Below are positions 35,900-47,715 of a stretch of DNA of 64,000 bases, piece by piece. A program made the position numbers and the translations under genes. How positions within the stretch are numbered: the first letter of the stretch is position 1; every line of letters starts with the position of its first letter. The DNA comes from Lepidodermella squamata (lineage: Eukaryota; Animalia; Gastrotricha): NCBI GenBank assembly GCA_047495785.1, contig JBLDXI010000009.1, forward strand, positions 496,001 through 560,000, in the 5' to 3' direction. Below the pieces are notes generated by a model. It did no database searches, had not been told where the DNA came from, and worked only from the letters and a program-made list of their open reading frames with translations.

Positions 35900-38800
35900 A
35901 TGCATACCCGGCGCGTTCTATTGTTTATTGCGGTAGCCATAGCTACAGTGGAATCAACTCAATCAAGTGATGTCCCTCAGACACGCGACATTCCTCTACA
36001 TCCCGAAGTGAGTAAAATAACGCATAGCATACGGGTAAATTTCTCGCTTGATTTTGACAGGACAACCCGTGTTCGGTGGTACACGATATTAAGGACTCAG
36101 CAGAGAAGTGCACTTTTGTAAAAGTGAGCGTCAGCTTTTTTCGACGTCCTATTCCTTGACAATAAAAATATACTACAGGAGAGTGATGACTGCGGTATAG
36201 AAAGTGGTTACATTAATTATGTCGAGGACCTCTACTGCACATTTGACAGTCCAACGTTGCAGCCTGTTGGCTTATTTCTTTACGTAATATTTTGAGCATT
36301 CAATCATTCTAATGTCGATTTGAATGTACATATCAGGCTGTTTTGTTCGTTTACCTGATTTTGTGTATAGCCGTAACATCAGATCGCGTGTACGTGATTT
36401 TGCTATCGATCGATGCTATAAATCGTATAGCTTTTTAATAGGTTTATTCCGAATCTCTCAGCAATGTCAAAAGCGATGCGGCTCAGGTAAGCATGACGAT
36501 GCTGATCGCCAGATTTTAGTCATTCGCTTTTTATTCGCAGTGAAAATGTCGCCGTGAGTTTCAACTGATAAGCACCATATTCATCCAATGGATGATAAAT
36601 TGGCAGGGTGAGACTCTGCTTCCTCTTGGAAACGGAGCCGCTGATATTTTCACGTCAATCGCGGCTGCCGTTTCTATGAAAGATGGCGATGTTGGCGTGC
36701 TGTATGGCACCCTGCTTGGCTCAGGCATGTTCATGGTAACTGCGATTGTCGGCGCGATAGTTCTGGTCAAGCCGTTCCATTCGATGCAACGACCGCTTCT
36801 CAGGAGCCTCATTTTCTACCTGGCTTCACTTTATTTTGGTATGAGCTCAGATATTATTAAAATACATGAATTTTGAGTGTCAATTCAAGCTTTCTATGTC
36901 CTCTGGGACGGCGTCATAACAATTGTTGACGCAATACGTGAGCCATTTTGAATATTTGAATGTCTACGACTGAATCTATTTTTCAAAGTTTTCCTCATTC
37001 TCTACGCTATTTATCTCATCAGCGTATTGACCGGACCAAAACTGAACGCGTGGTTTACGAAGTGGGCGAAAGCGAGGCGACTCAAGAATCAAAAACCCGA
37101 AATTGAGCCTGGTAGACAATCAAGGCCTTTAATTATTTTTAAACATCCTTTTAATCTGAACAGGGACGGGCGGTGACCAAGCCGCTAACCAACCGAGCAT
37201 CGAGCAAACGGCACCTGCTATAGAATTGCAACAGATACCGACTGACGAGCACAAGGCATCTCCTTCGCAGGTAACAACCGCTATCGAGGCACCTACAGTT
37301 GCTCGTACCCAATACCTGCAAGTTCCTGACAACCTTCCAGAGAGGGGGCGGTCATCAACTTACACCAATAAAGATGCCTATTTTGTCGATGGGCGCCAGC
37401 GTAGCAACTCTGCAGCGATTCAATCATCAGGCGCTGGTGCCACTGCCCGATTTGCGAGTCAACCTAGGACACCCCTTAAGCAGCAGTACTACCCTGAGCA
37501 AATTGAGAAAGCCTTAGTTGATGCTCGTTTGTCCCGCGTCGCCAGGCAATTAATTAGGCAGGAGTCAAGCAAACAAGCCTATCGTTTGAATCTCAATCAG
37601 CAACCTACAGTGAGTGATAACGAAGCAGTCATGTCAAAGCTTGAAGCTTTCCTGACATACGAAAGCTCCTCGTCAGATGAGTCGATTCCCGACTTGACGG
37701 TTAGAAGTTCGAAAAGATCGAGCCGAAGGTCTAATCGTCCCAATGAAGACGGCTTGAAGCCTGTTGACGAGATGCTAGTCGTATCGTCGATTGATTTAGA
37801 AGTGAAAACCGATGAAAAATCGGAGGATGAGGTAATCGTTGATAAACCCCTGTGGAAACGGATGCTTGAAGGGTTGAATCCGATCGACTTGGAAAGTTGG
37901 CAATCACAGGGCGTGTTCGGACGAACCATTCAAGTTCTGCAAGCTCCAGCTTTGGTTGTGATTTTATTGACTGTATCAATTGTAGACGAAGAGAAACCAA
38001 TGTGGAACTGGAATCGACCACTGATTGCTGCTCATTGTGTCACAATGCCAATTTTCTTAGTAGTAGCTATTAACGGTACGATTAAAGGCAAATCTCTTGA
38101 TGAATTACATTTTCAACGAAATTTAAATAGAAATGGATTACATGATAGAGGGCGTTTATCCTCTTGAGCTGTTAGTCGCTGCTTTCGGTATCGGCTTCGG
38201 AATTCTTCTATTTATGACATCCGAAAACACAAAGCGGCCGAAATATCACATCGTATGTAACATCATCCCATTTTGATTTCTCCAAAATGATCCAAGTTAC
38301 ACGTCGTAGGTTTTCTCATTTTTCGGCTTTCTCTCAACCGCTATGTGGATTTACATGTTTGCCAATGAGCTGGTGAATCTGATCCGATGCTTCGGTCTCG
38401 TGTTAAGCCTCAGTGACAGTTTGCTAGCCCTGTAAGTGTTCACTGTCAGCATTTTTGATTTTACCAACAGAGTTATTTATTTTATAGAACATTCTTATCA
38501 TGGGGAAACAGCATAGGCGGTTTGTATTTTTCAAAAAGTTTCCTTTCCTCTTATTTTTTTAATATTATTTTCAGATTTAGTAAATGATATTGCCGTGGCG
38601 CGCCAAGGCTTCTCCAAAATGGCTATGAGCGCATGCTACAGCGGAGCTTTGTTTAGTGAGTCAACACTTGGAAATTCGTTCAATCCCTTCTTTCACTTTG
38701 TATTCGAACATCTAGATACATTACTTGGCTTGGGTCTTCCCTTGCTCATCACAACAATTGGCGGCGAAGATGTTGCAGTGAAAATGGAGGATGTTCTATT

Positions 38801-38969
38801 AATAATGTTCGGATTTACTGGTGTCGCTGTTGCTTCAACATTGGTCGCGATACCACTTTTCCAGAATTTTTACCTTCGCCGCCCATTTGCAATATACTTG
38901 CTTGTTCTATATGGTGCATGCTTGGTTTGCGTCGTATTAGCTGAGCTGCATATATTGGACTTGGACTGA
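35900..38969 (+). CDS. SLC8B1: Cation/Ca2+ exchanger, NCLX/CCX family, copy 3 (type B)
   Basis: Signal peptide MHTRRVLLFIAVAIATVES; alpha-1 GETLLPLGNGAADIF; alpha-2 LTFLSWGNSIGDLVND...ARQGFSKMAMSACYSG. Confidence 0.88.
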
Positions 38970-39607
38970 AGTAAATTATATTAGTTAAATATCAATAGTC
39001 GATAGTGTTCATCAAATTAAAGTGAAGTTGGCATCAAGCTTTGAAATAAAATCTTCTGACGAAACCAATTGAAAAGTTAAAACAATAGGTATTAGATCCA
39101 CAACATTTTTCCGTGGCTAAATTTTGTCTTCTATGTTGCGGCTGAAAAATGTCATCAGTAAAAGCTAGTGCAAGCGTTATACGTGAAAGTTCAACGGGTG
39201 TGTGAACTCAGCTTTGTCCAGCTGGTTTTCTATTACGCATGAATCTGGCATGTACAAATGTTCTCTTGTAAAAACGTCAGTCATTATCACCTTAGTTATC
39301 ATGATTATCTCTAAAGAAGATAATCATCATGGCAGTGTCAATTTGTAGTCTCATCAGTTCATTCACGAGAGTCGAGCAGCACGAATTAGAATGCCTCATA
39401 AGGAATAAGCTTATACACCCTAATTTTCTCACGAAAAGGTTAGCAGAAAGCGAACTCGTGAAGGATTTTCCATTAATTCATTAAGCCTTTATATGAAACG
39501 GCCTCTGTTCTTATTTGTTATACTACTTTGATTAGGTTGTATCACTACAACAGCTGTAATTTATCGTCAACCTGTGAATGCGCCTGGTCATATTATTGCG
39601 CTAGCGA

Positions 39608-42600
39608 ATGCTTAGCAACTTGGTTTCAGCTTTGCTACTATTGATCTCAATCCCTATTTGCCGAACATCTGCGTCTGCTAACGCTTCGTTAAGTGGTGAC
39701 TTCTCGGTACGTGAAACATTTGCGGCCTGTTACCAGTAGGTTGAGTATCAGGGTCCCTAATAGAAGGGACATATAAACATTTTATTTGGGGGGTTGAATT
39801 AACTGGCATTGGTCCCGTTGTAATTTCGCAAGAAAAAAGAAATAGGGAAAGCAAACATTCAGGCTGTGATATGATAAATTGTAAATTGGACGCTGATATG
39901 CCAGTCAGGTTTGTTGGAAACCTTGAAAAAACGATATGATTCAAGGAGGTAATCAAGAGTTCAATGATGCTCTCATTAATGACATGCTCCGCTGCCTCAG
40001 TTATAATGAAATAATCATTTTTCAGCCCACTGCCCCTTGTTCTCACGTTCACCAGTTCGACAGCGACGCTGAAGCGGCTTGTTTGTTCGTCCAGGTTTGA
40101 AAGCTAGAATTAGTTATCTAACTTGCTGGTAACAGATTCATTGCCGCAGAATTCCGATACCTGCAAAACGGACGACGGCTTCATCGACTACATCGAAGGA
40201 TTATATTGCGGTTTTCCGGGAAAGCTAAGACCGCTCGGATTAGTCCTTTACGTTAGTGCCACGGATCGACCTTTCGGAGAATAATAGACAATATGATTGT
40301 GAATTTTAGGCTTTATGGCTTTTGTACATCTTATTGGCTACTGCAACAACTTCCGATCGCTTGTAAGAATTGGTTCTTTTCGTGTTAAGATTTTTATTCT
40401 TCTATTCAAACCACAGCTTTGCCCCAAATCTTCCAGTGATTGCAGATTCTCTTCATTTGAGGTGAGCCTTTGTCTAAAACTTCAAAATGCGAAAATAATA
40501 TCGTTTTAAATCGCAGTGAAAATGTTGCAGTAAGTGTTTCTACAAAGTTATTGACGTGATGCGAGTACCTTAAGCAATATGTCCACTTGAGGGTGAAACT
40601 TTAATGGCATTGGGAAATGGCGCGCCGGATTTCTTCACGTCTCTTGTTTCCACTCTTTCCATGAAAAACGACGGCGATGCAGGTATTCTTTACGGGACAC
40701 TGCTGGGATCAGGCATTTTCGTCACTACCGTCGTCGTGGGTACGTTGATCGTTATCAAGCCGTTCCGGGTGATGGAGAGGCCATTGTTGAAAGACATAAT
40801 TTTCTATCTTTGCGGCTTGTTTTGCGGTATTGAAGCTCTTTTTGTAATATCGCACCTCGAATCATTTTTATTTCTAGCGTTTGGAACACTCTGGGATGGT
40901 AAAGTGGAAATATGGGAGAGTGCAAGTTAGTTGCCCTTTCATATTTTCCCTGCTAACTATTAAGCCAGGGATATTCTAAAAGTGTTCTTAGTGATCTACG
41001 TTATTTACATTGCTGTGGTGCTGATCGGCCCAATCATAAACAAGCGACTACCTGCTGCTTTCCTTGCGAAAGCGCCCGTCATAAAAATATCCATTCAAGC
41101 GGAGCCAAGCGATTCGCAAATTTCGGAAATCCGAAATGATTCGAACGCAGGTATGATTCGTCCTGAATATCATTCTTACAATAATATCGCACTAATGGGC
41201 AGCTGAAATGAATACCATCTCCGAGGAGCAAGTTGGCGATGTTGGATCAATTAAATCTGTGAAGCTTGTTAAGAAGCCAAGTATCAGGATAGCCCCGTCC
41301 GCATCACCAACAAGAAGTCACGTGAGCATACGTGAAGACATTTCCGAGCAAGTCGATGCTAGATCTGCGACAATGTCGCAATCTGGGTCCCCCGATTTCG
41401 AGCTTCAACGCCATGCATTCCGCAAGCACGCGTTCAGCCATGGAGCGTACGAAATCGATGTGAAACGCTCAGCGAGGCAAGCTGTCAGCCGCAAAGACCT
41501 AGCGGATAGGTCTCAGTCTCTGGCACCTGCACATTTTGAGAAAATCCGAACAATTACACCGGAGCAGGAACGGCAGCAATTGATTGAAGCTTTGCGAAAG
41601 CTGCCGAAGGAAAACTTGGGCGGAACCAGAGTCACTCGTAACGCTATTAGGAGAATTCTTCCCGTGGTTGAGGATAGATATCAGCTCAAGCAGACTATTT
41701 CAGTGGTGCGTAATTTTTCTCGGAATGATGGCGTGACCGGCAGCAGCGAGTTTGAACCAGACTTGAATTCTTTTTTCGAGGAGGAACGTTGGAAACAGGC
41801 AGAAGAGCAGGCAATTACGTTACACAACTTGGCAGTTCCATCCACTTCTGACGCTTTGTCACCTACTGGAAAGCCCAACAGCGTAGAAACACTTCCTAAT
41901 ACTGGCGAGATTCCAACCTCCGAAAACGTGGAGGACTCGAAGATATCAACTCCCAGGCTGTGGTACCACTGGATAGCCGATGGTGTGAACCCTATTGAAA
42001 TGGACGAGTGGCGAACTCAAGGTTATTTCGGACGCGCCATTCAGATTATCAAAGTTCCAATCGTATTTATCATGCTTTTGACTAATCCTGTATTGGACGA
42101 AGAGAAGCCTATGCTGAACTGGAACAAGCCTTTGCGCTGCCTTCATTGCATTGTATCACCAATTTTCATCATCGCGGCTATTGATGGTAAGATTAAACAT
42201 CTACAAGAGCTTACATCTGTTCTCATTTTCTTCTCTGGTATTCAGAGGGTGGCTATTTGATTGGCGGTGTATTCCCGCTGATAGTGATTTTCGCCATTGT
42301 TGGTATAGTAGCAGCCATTGTGGTTTTCTTCACGTCCGAAGTCGACAAGCCTCCGAAATATCATCTGGTATTCTACGTCGAAAATCAATTCGAAAATAGA
42401 TTAGTTTCATTCGATTACCAGGCATTTGCTTATTTAGGATTCGTAACCACCATTATATGGATCTACGCATTGGCTGGTGAAGTCGTTAACATACTTCAAT
42501 GTTATGGCCTGGCGCTCGGAATCAGCGAGGCAATTCTAGGCCTGACCATTTTGGCTTGGGGTAACAGCCTTGGAGATTTCATCAACAACATTATCATCGC

Positions 42601-43049
42601 GAAGCAGGGATACTCTAAAATGGCTATTTCATCAGCTTTCGGTGGAATGCTTTTCAGTGAGTGCCAATATAGCAGCATCTCAACCCTAAATCATCATTTT
42701 TTTCTCTCATAGATTTGCTTCTGGGACTCGGCGTGCCACTCCTAGTTGTGTCTATTAAAAAGGGTGGAGCCGTATTGGTAATACATATTTTGCGAAAAGC
42801 GATAGAATTTTGAACAATTTTTCTTAGATTTCTCGACCGAATACACTGACCATCCTGTTCGGATTCTTAGCCTTGGAATTGGTCAGCTCTCTCATTGCGA
42901 TTCCGTTCATTATGCGATTCTACGTTCGTCGGCCTTATGGCATTTATCTGTATTGCATTTACGCAGTGTTTCTTGTTTGCGCCATTTTGACTGAAACCCG
43001 TGTCATATCGCCAAATATTTTCAGCTATTCCGGCAATCTTCAACTCTAA
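39608..43049 (+). CDS. SLC8B1: Cation/Ca2+ exchanger, NCLX/CCX family, copy 4 (type A)
   Basis: Probable first exon MLSNLVSALLLLISIPICRTSA; alpha-1 GETLMALGNGAPDFF; alpha-2 GLTILAWGNSLGDFINN...AKQGYSKMAISSAFGG; stop at 43047-43049. Confidence 0.88.
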
Positions 43050-43376
43050 ATTTGGCGATCACTGAATATTATCCTTCTTATTCTTTCCTATGCAACGCAA
43101 TTAATTCTTTGAATATAAAATGACTGAAGATCAATACATGGGTGAACAAATTTCCAGCACCATTTGTAGTGAACATGTTGAGTATATCCTTTTATCGCTT
43201 TGATACCATATAGGCCTTTGAAGTTCAAGGTATAATTGGACGACATTGCGTCTGGCATAAGTCATGCAACAATTTCGTAGACTTGGAAGGTCGCCTTCAG
43301 CAGAGATAAAATCCAAGGCATTTATTTTTGGCCAGCAGTATTATATAAGCTTTCATTCACATTGCCAAATCACATT

Positions 43377-43892
43377 TTATCGCCGGCGTTTTGATCCGAA
43401 TAAGATCCCAATTGGAGTTGAAAAAATAGGAATAATCGCATAAGTGATAGCGACAATGATGCCGGCTACAATTAATTGCCAAATGACGGCGAGAAAGCCG
43501 AGGTACAAGGCTGACATTGTAATCGCAACAACCAAACATCCCCAAAAGCCGTAGCTTAAATGGAGGATAAGAAAGACATATCCAGATGAAACCAGAAAAA
43601 TTGCTGCAGACAGATTCGTCACGTCGAGATTTTCCTGCCGTTTCACGAAATCAATAAAAAGCGGAATTTTCAGCCATGAAAGCGCCAATATGACAGCCGT
43701 TCTTGTAAAGGTGAAGAAGAGCAAACTGTCAGGAGAGTCCATTATGTGATCGGCAACAAAGAAAACGAGCGCCCAATAGCTGCCATAAGCACAGCCAAGG
43801 AGAGCTCCGTACAGGACGCCTTTAAATAGAAGCTCAGGTGAATCGATCCCTAACTTTGAAAACACTGTTTTCGTTGCCTTCTCTGAATTCAT
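43377..43892 (-). CDS. Uncharacterised multipass membrane protein (171 aa, about 4-5 hydrophobic segments)
   Basis: Single uninterrupted ORF with the ATG directly after an acceptor-like aaaacag. Several hydrophobic helices and a basic KRRR tail. Confidence 0.65.
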   Translation of the reverse strand: MNSEKATKTVFSKLGIDSPELLFKGVLYGALLGCAYGSYWALVFFVADHIMDSPDSLLFFTFTRTAVILALSWLKIPLFIDFVKRQENLDVTNLSAAIFLVSSGYVFLILHLSYGFWGCLVVAITMSALYLGFLAVIWQLIVAGIIVAITYAIIPIFSTPIGILFGSKRRR

Positions 43893-45989
43893 CTGTTTTT
43901 GTAATCAGACCTATGGAAAGACATATTATAAACAGATTTACCTTATAAGTTGCGAATCTGATTATCTCAGGGATATTTTTATTGAGTGCTGGAGCTGAAA
44001 TATCCTACCGAGTGAAGAATTGAAGAGAGATAAGCCGTAAAAAGTATTGCTTGTCACTCAATTTACTACGATAACACCTGACGCAAGTCGTAATTCGCAC
44101 CGCATGCTGGTGCTTTTGGACAAATTCGCAGAGCGAAATGCTGTTTATTTTACTCGCTATTTTTGTTCTTGACGCTGATACGAAAAGCAAACTAATATAA
44201 TGAAAAACTGAAAACTATGAGTTATATACCGTGTGTGGGATGTCGGCTATGGTTTTGTTCCCTGTCGATGGCGAAGCAGTATTTTATGGTCATGGTAATA
44301 GCAATCCTCGAAAATGATTCAGCCAGCACCATGCTAGTTTTTAGGCGACCGATTAAACAAACTGTATAATAATATAATAAGAGCCAAACATTCCGGAATA
44401 ATGATATACTTTGAGATGATTTGATACACTGCAGGATACTGGCAATTTTCATCGTTGATGACCTTATTTACACTGGATTTTTTTCGCGTGGATTATATAC
44501 AGGGTTGTTATTGAAGGAGGGTCATTTATGTGCGGCCGGGTATCAACTGTTACTTGTTTATCATCGCCTCCCTAATCGTTCATTCCGTGGCACCATATTA
44601 CCATTTTCACAGCTGCCGAAATCGATGAGTATCGCGGTCGAATATATGGGTTAGATATTATTACATAGTTCAGGAAGACATTTTTCTAGTAACAACCTCG
44701 GAACTCAGACCCTAGAGACCAAGCCAAGCCTCGCTTCTTGACATACCGTTTTTGAAAGTTCACATTCATTGCAAACCGTAGCTTTTGGGCTGTTAAAATT
44801 ACCCGTCGTCTCGCATCGTTTCGGCGACATGGGACGGGGCGCACTGAAGCGGAAAGAGCTTCCTTCCTCAAGAAGGGAAAAAAATTGCGCTGCTCGCATG
44901 GAATGGAAAAATAGAGAGGAAAAACAATAAAAAATTATTATTGTTGCCATTATTATTGTATTCAATATGCATTCGGTGCCCACTTAAGGCCTATTCACGA
45001 TTCACGACGCGAGATCTTTGTACTAAAGATATCTCTCAACGGCGCGATGCCGATACAATATCATACGACAAGCGATTCGTTCGCGCCGCGCTCTTCCCTT
45101 AGGCGGCGGTAATTTGGCCTGATGAATTCGATAAACGCCGAAATTATTCATTCGCGCGGCCGTTTTAGAGCGTTCAGCGCACGCGCCTTTTAGCCTCTTT
45201 GCTTTTGTTTCTTTCAAAAAGTTGCCAGCTTCTTAATGCAAAATCAAACGCTCTATTGTTGCGGATTTTCTGTTTTGCATCTTCCCATCGAGTTGAATTT
45301 TTCAAATTTTCACAATTTCCCGTCTATTCTGCTGTCTTGATTAAAAGTTCAGAGCACGCAAAGCGTTCTATCGATGAGTTCTTAGCGTTTTTTCGCTGAT
45401 GACGTAAGCCATATCACGCGAGCAACGGAGGCAAAGTAAAAATAATTGCTAAAAAAGTCAACCTGAGTAAACACCAACCTATTGAGGATAGCGGGAGGAA
45501 ACTCGGCAGGGTCTAGGTCGCTTGTCCTACGCCGTATAGGTGGAGCTCGATCGAAAGAATAATTGCTTCGTGCTGTCACATATAACGAGGAGTATAAGCA
45601 TTTCCGAAAGAAATTATTTAACTGCACGCCAGACGCCGATAAATGACTTGTTTTGCCGAATAGTTATGCGCTTTTCGCGAATAGAGGACTATAAAAAGTG
45701 GAGGCAACGGAAGCTATACAAAAGTTAGTCTAGTAATGAAATTGCGGCTTTTTTCCTACTTTATAGACTTCAATTTATTTTTACTGCCGAAAGCAATTAT
45801 GTGCTGACTTCTCGCGGCATATCTATCCTTTCTCGAGACATAAGTTCTGTTTTGATACGCCGAAACAAACTCTTTGCGTGCTGCTGATTTCAAAGCGACC
45901 GTTTCGTCCGATAACATGGTAATAATTTGCGTCCCACGTTGAAATCGAACTTTATTGTTTTTTGTTTTTTTTTCGGGCAGGCACATACA

Positions 45990-46271
45990 ATGACGGAAGA
46001 AGGTAAAAAAGCGTCTGATATCGAAAATAGTGTTCGTTTGATAGTAAAAATGAGCTGCTTTTCTTATTTAGAGCTGCGCGGTGCGTTCGACACTGTCGAC
46101 TCGGACGGCAACAAGGTATTGGACAAGGATGAATTTTACGAGATGCTGAAGCTCATCAAGCACCCGTCGGGCAACGACCGCGCATCTGCGCATGAACTCT
46201 TCGACAAAATTGACTCTGACGGCAATGGAACTCTCGATTTCGATGAAATGAAGGCATATTTTGTCAAGTGA
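45990..46271 (+). CDS. Small two-EF-hand calcium-binding protein (about 70 aa; exons 45990-46002, 46072-46271)
   Basis: MTEEELRGAFDTVDSDGNKVLDKDEF...ELFDKIDSDGNGTLDFDEM contains two canonical EF loops. The 69-nt intron is in frame and stop-free, so the ORF track reads through it. Confidence 0.88.
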   Translation: MTEEGKKASDIENSVRLIVKMSCFSYLELRGAFDTVDSDGNKVLDKDEFYEMLKLIKHPSGNDRASAHELFDKIDSDGNGTLDFDEMKAYFVK

Positions 46272-46650
46272 AGCTATGTGCCCATGTTTTAATCTAGTCA
46301 AACACGCAACGCTTTTTTACCTCGAGAAAAAATCTGTGCTTTTCAACTGTTTTGTTACTGTATTATAACTAACCACTAGTTATGTTTTAGTTGTTAACTT
46401 CACTCTGTAAGCATTTGTCGAAAACGATAATAGGTAGATTGTTTGAATATATCGGCGTCAGCGATCATGTGACATGCCCGGTATTCATTTAATAGGCATT
46501 GGCAACCGCGGCTATACTGAATTTATAGACCATTTCGAATTGCGGAATAACTTCGAGTCGAACTTGATCATCATCTGGTTTCCGTTATGCATCAAAGTTA
46601 TTATTGCAGCGTCCGTTACTAATAATTGTTATTGGTTTTGTTGATAAAGC

Positions 46651-46726
46651 AAATAAAAGTAAAATGCATTCAAAAGTCGACACCTGTTTTTTTTGTATGA
46701 AGTTTGAACTTTATTGTTTTTTTATT
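46651..46726. terminator. Convergent polyadenylation signals for the EF-hand gene (+) and Musashi (-)
   Basis: AATAAA on + at about 46652-46657 and TTTATT (AATAAA on -) at about 46710 and 46721, flanked by U-rich tracts. Confidence 0.5.
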
Positions 46727-47715
46727 CGCGTAAACAGTGTGAAATTTGTTTTTGTTTTTCCTTTTACACACATCATAATTTAAGAATCAATAAGCTATAA
46801 CATCATATAATAAAGCGTAATAATCAATATATTATATATTTAGGTATTATTGAGAGAAGTAGCCGATATAAAATCGCGGTACATTTTGTAGAGCGTTCAA
46901 GAAACATCAACATTTTTATCATCAATAATTTGATATTATTTTATAATAATTTTAATTTCAATAAAAATTGATCGGACGATTCACATAAATCAACATAGAC
47001 ATATACTTATTTCAAATATTTTTTCCATTTTTTCGGTTTTTGTTTCGTTTCAAACGCTCTGATTGTTTCGTTTTCATCCAAATAGCAAAATTTGGTTCGC
47101 AGATTTCCTCATCTTCTCATCGTAAAAAAAACGCCAATCAAAAGTTGATACACTGAAGAGTAGAAAGAAGTCGAATGAAGCAATGCCGATTCTTTTTTTT
47201 TCATCATCGTCGCATACAAAAGCCATCGCCGCCTTAATTTATCATAGATTTGCTAGCAAAATTTGACTTCACGAAAGTTCTTGATATTGAATAAGGAAAT
47301 ACAAGAGCGCGCACCGCCAATCGACAACCGCATATAACGAGAAATATTTAAGCCCTAACTTCAGCAACTGATCACACTCAGCGTTCCGAACCGACCAAAC
47401 ACCAAACCTTCAGACAATCCAACTCAACTCAAATCCTTCCAACTCGCGGAAACATCAGTGAAGAGACGTAATGAGTGGCATGAAAAATCAGATCTCGCGC
47501 CATCAGAAACTGTATGGCAGATCAAACATGAGGATAAGACTTATTTTAAGGCGGTGATATTATAAGTAAGCTTTGAAGATGAATATGATGATGATGGTGA
47601 TGATGACGATGATGACGAGTTTAAAAGGTACATTAGAAGAAGAAGAAAAATTTTGCGCGGTTGAACGAATTTTGTTTCAAGTGTTTATTAATGCTAGCGA
47701 TAAATGATGAATTCA

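Noticed and set aside
28284-42712. Exchanger copies as frameshifted pseudogenes
   Set aside because: The apparent breaks I traced resolve through short GT-AG introns and the 13-nt micro-exon.
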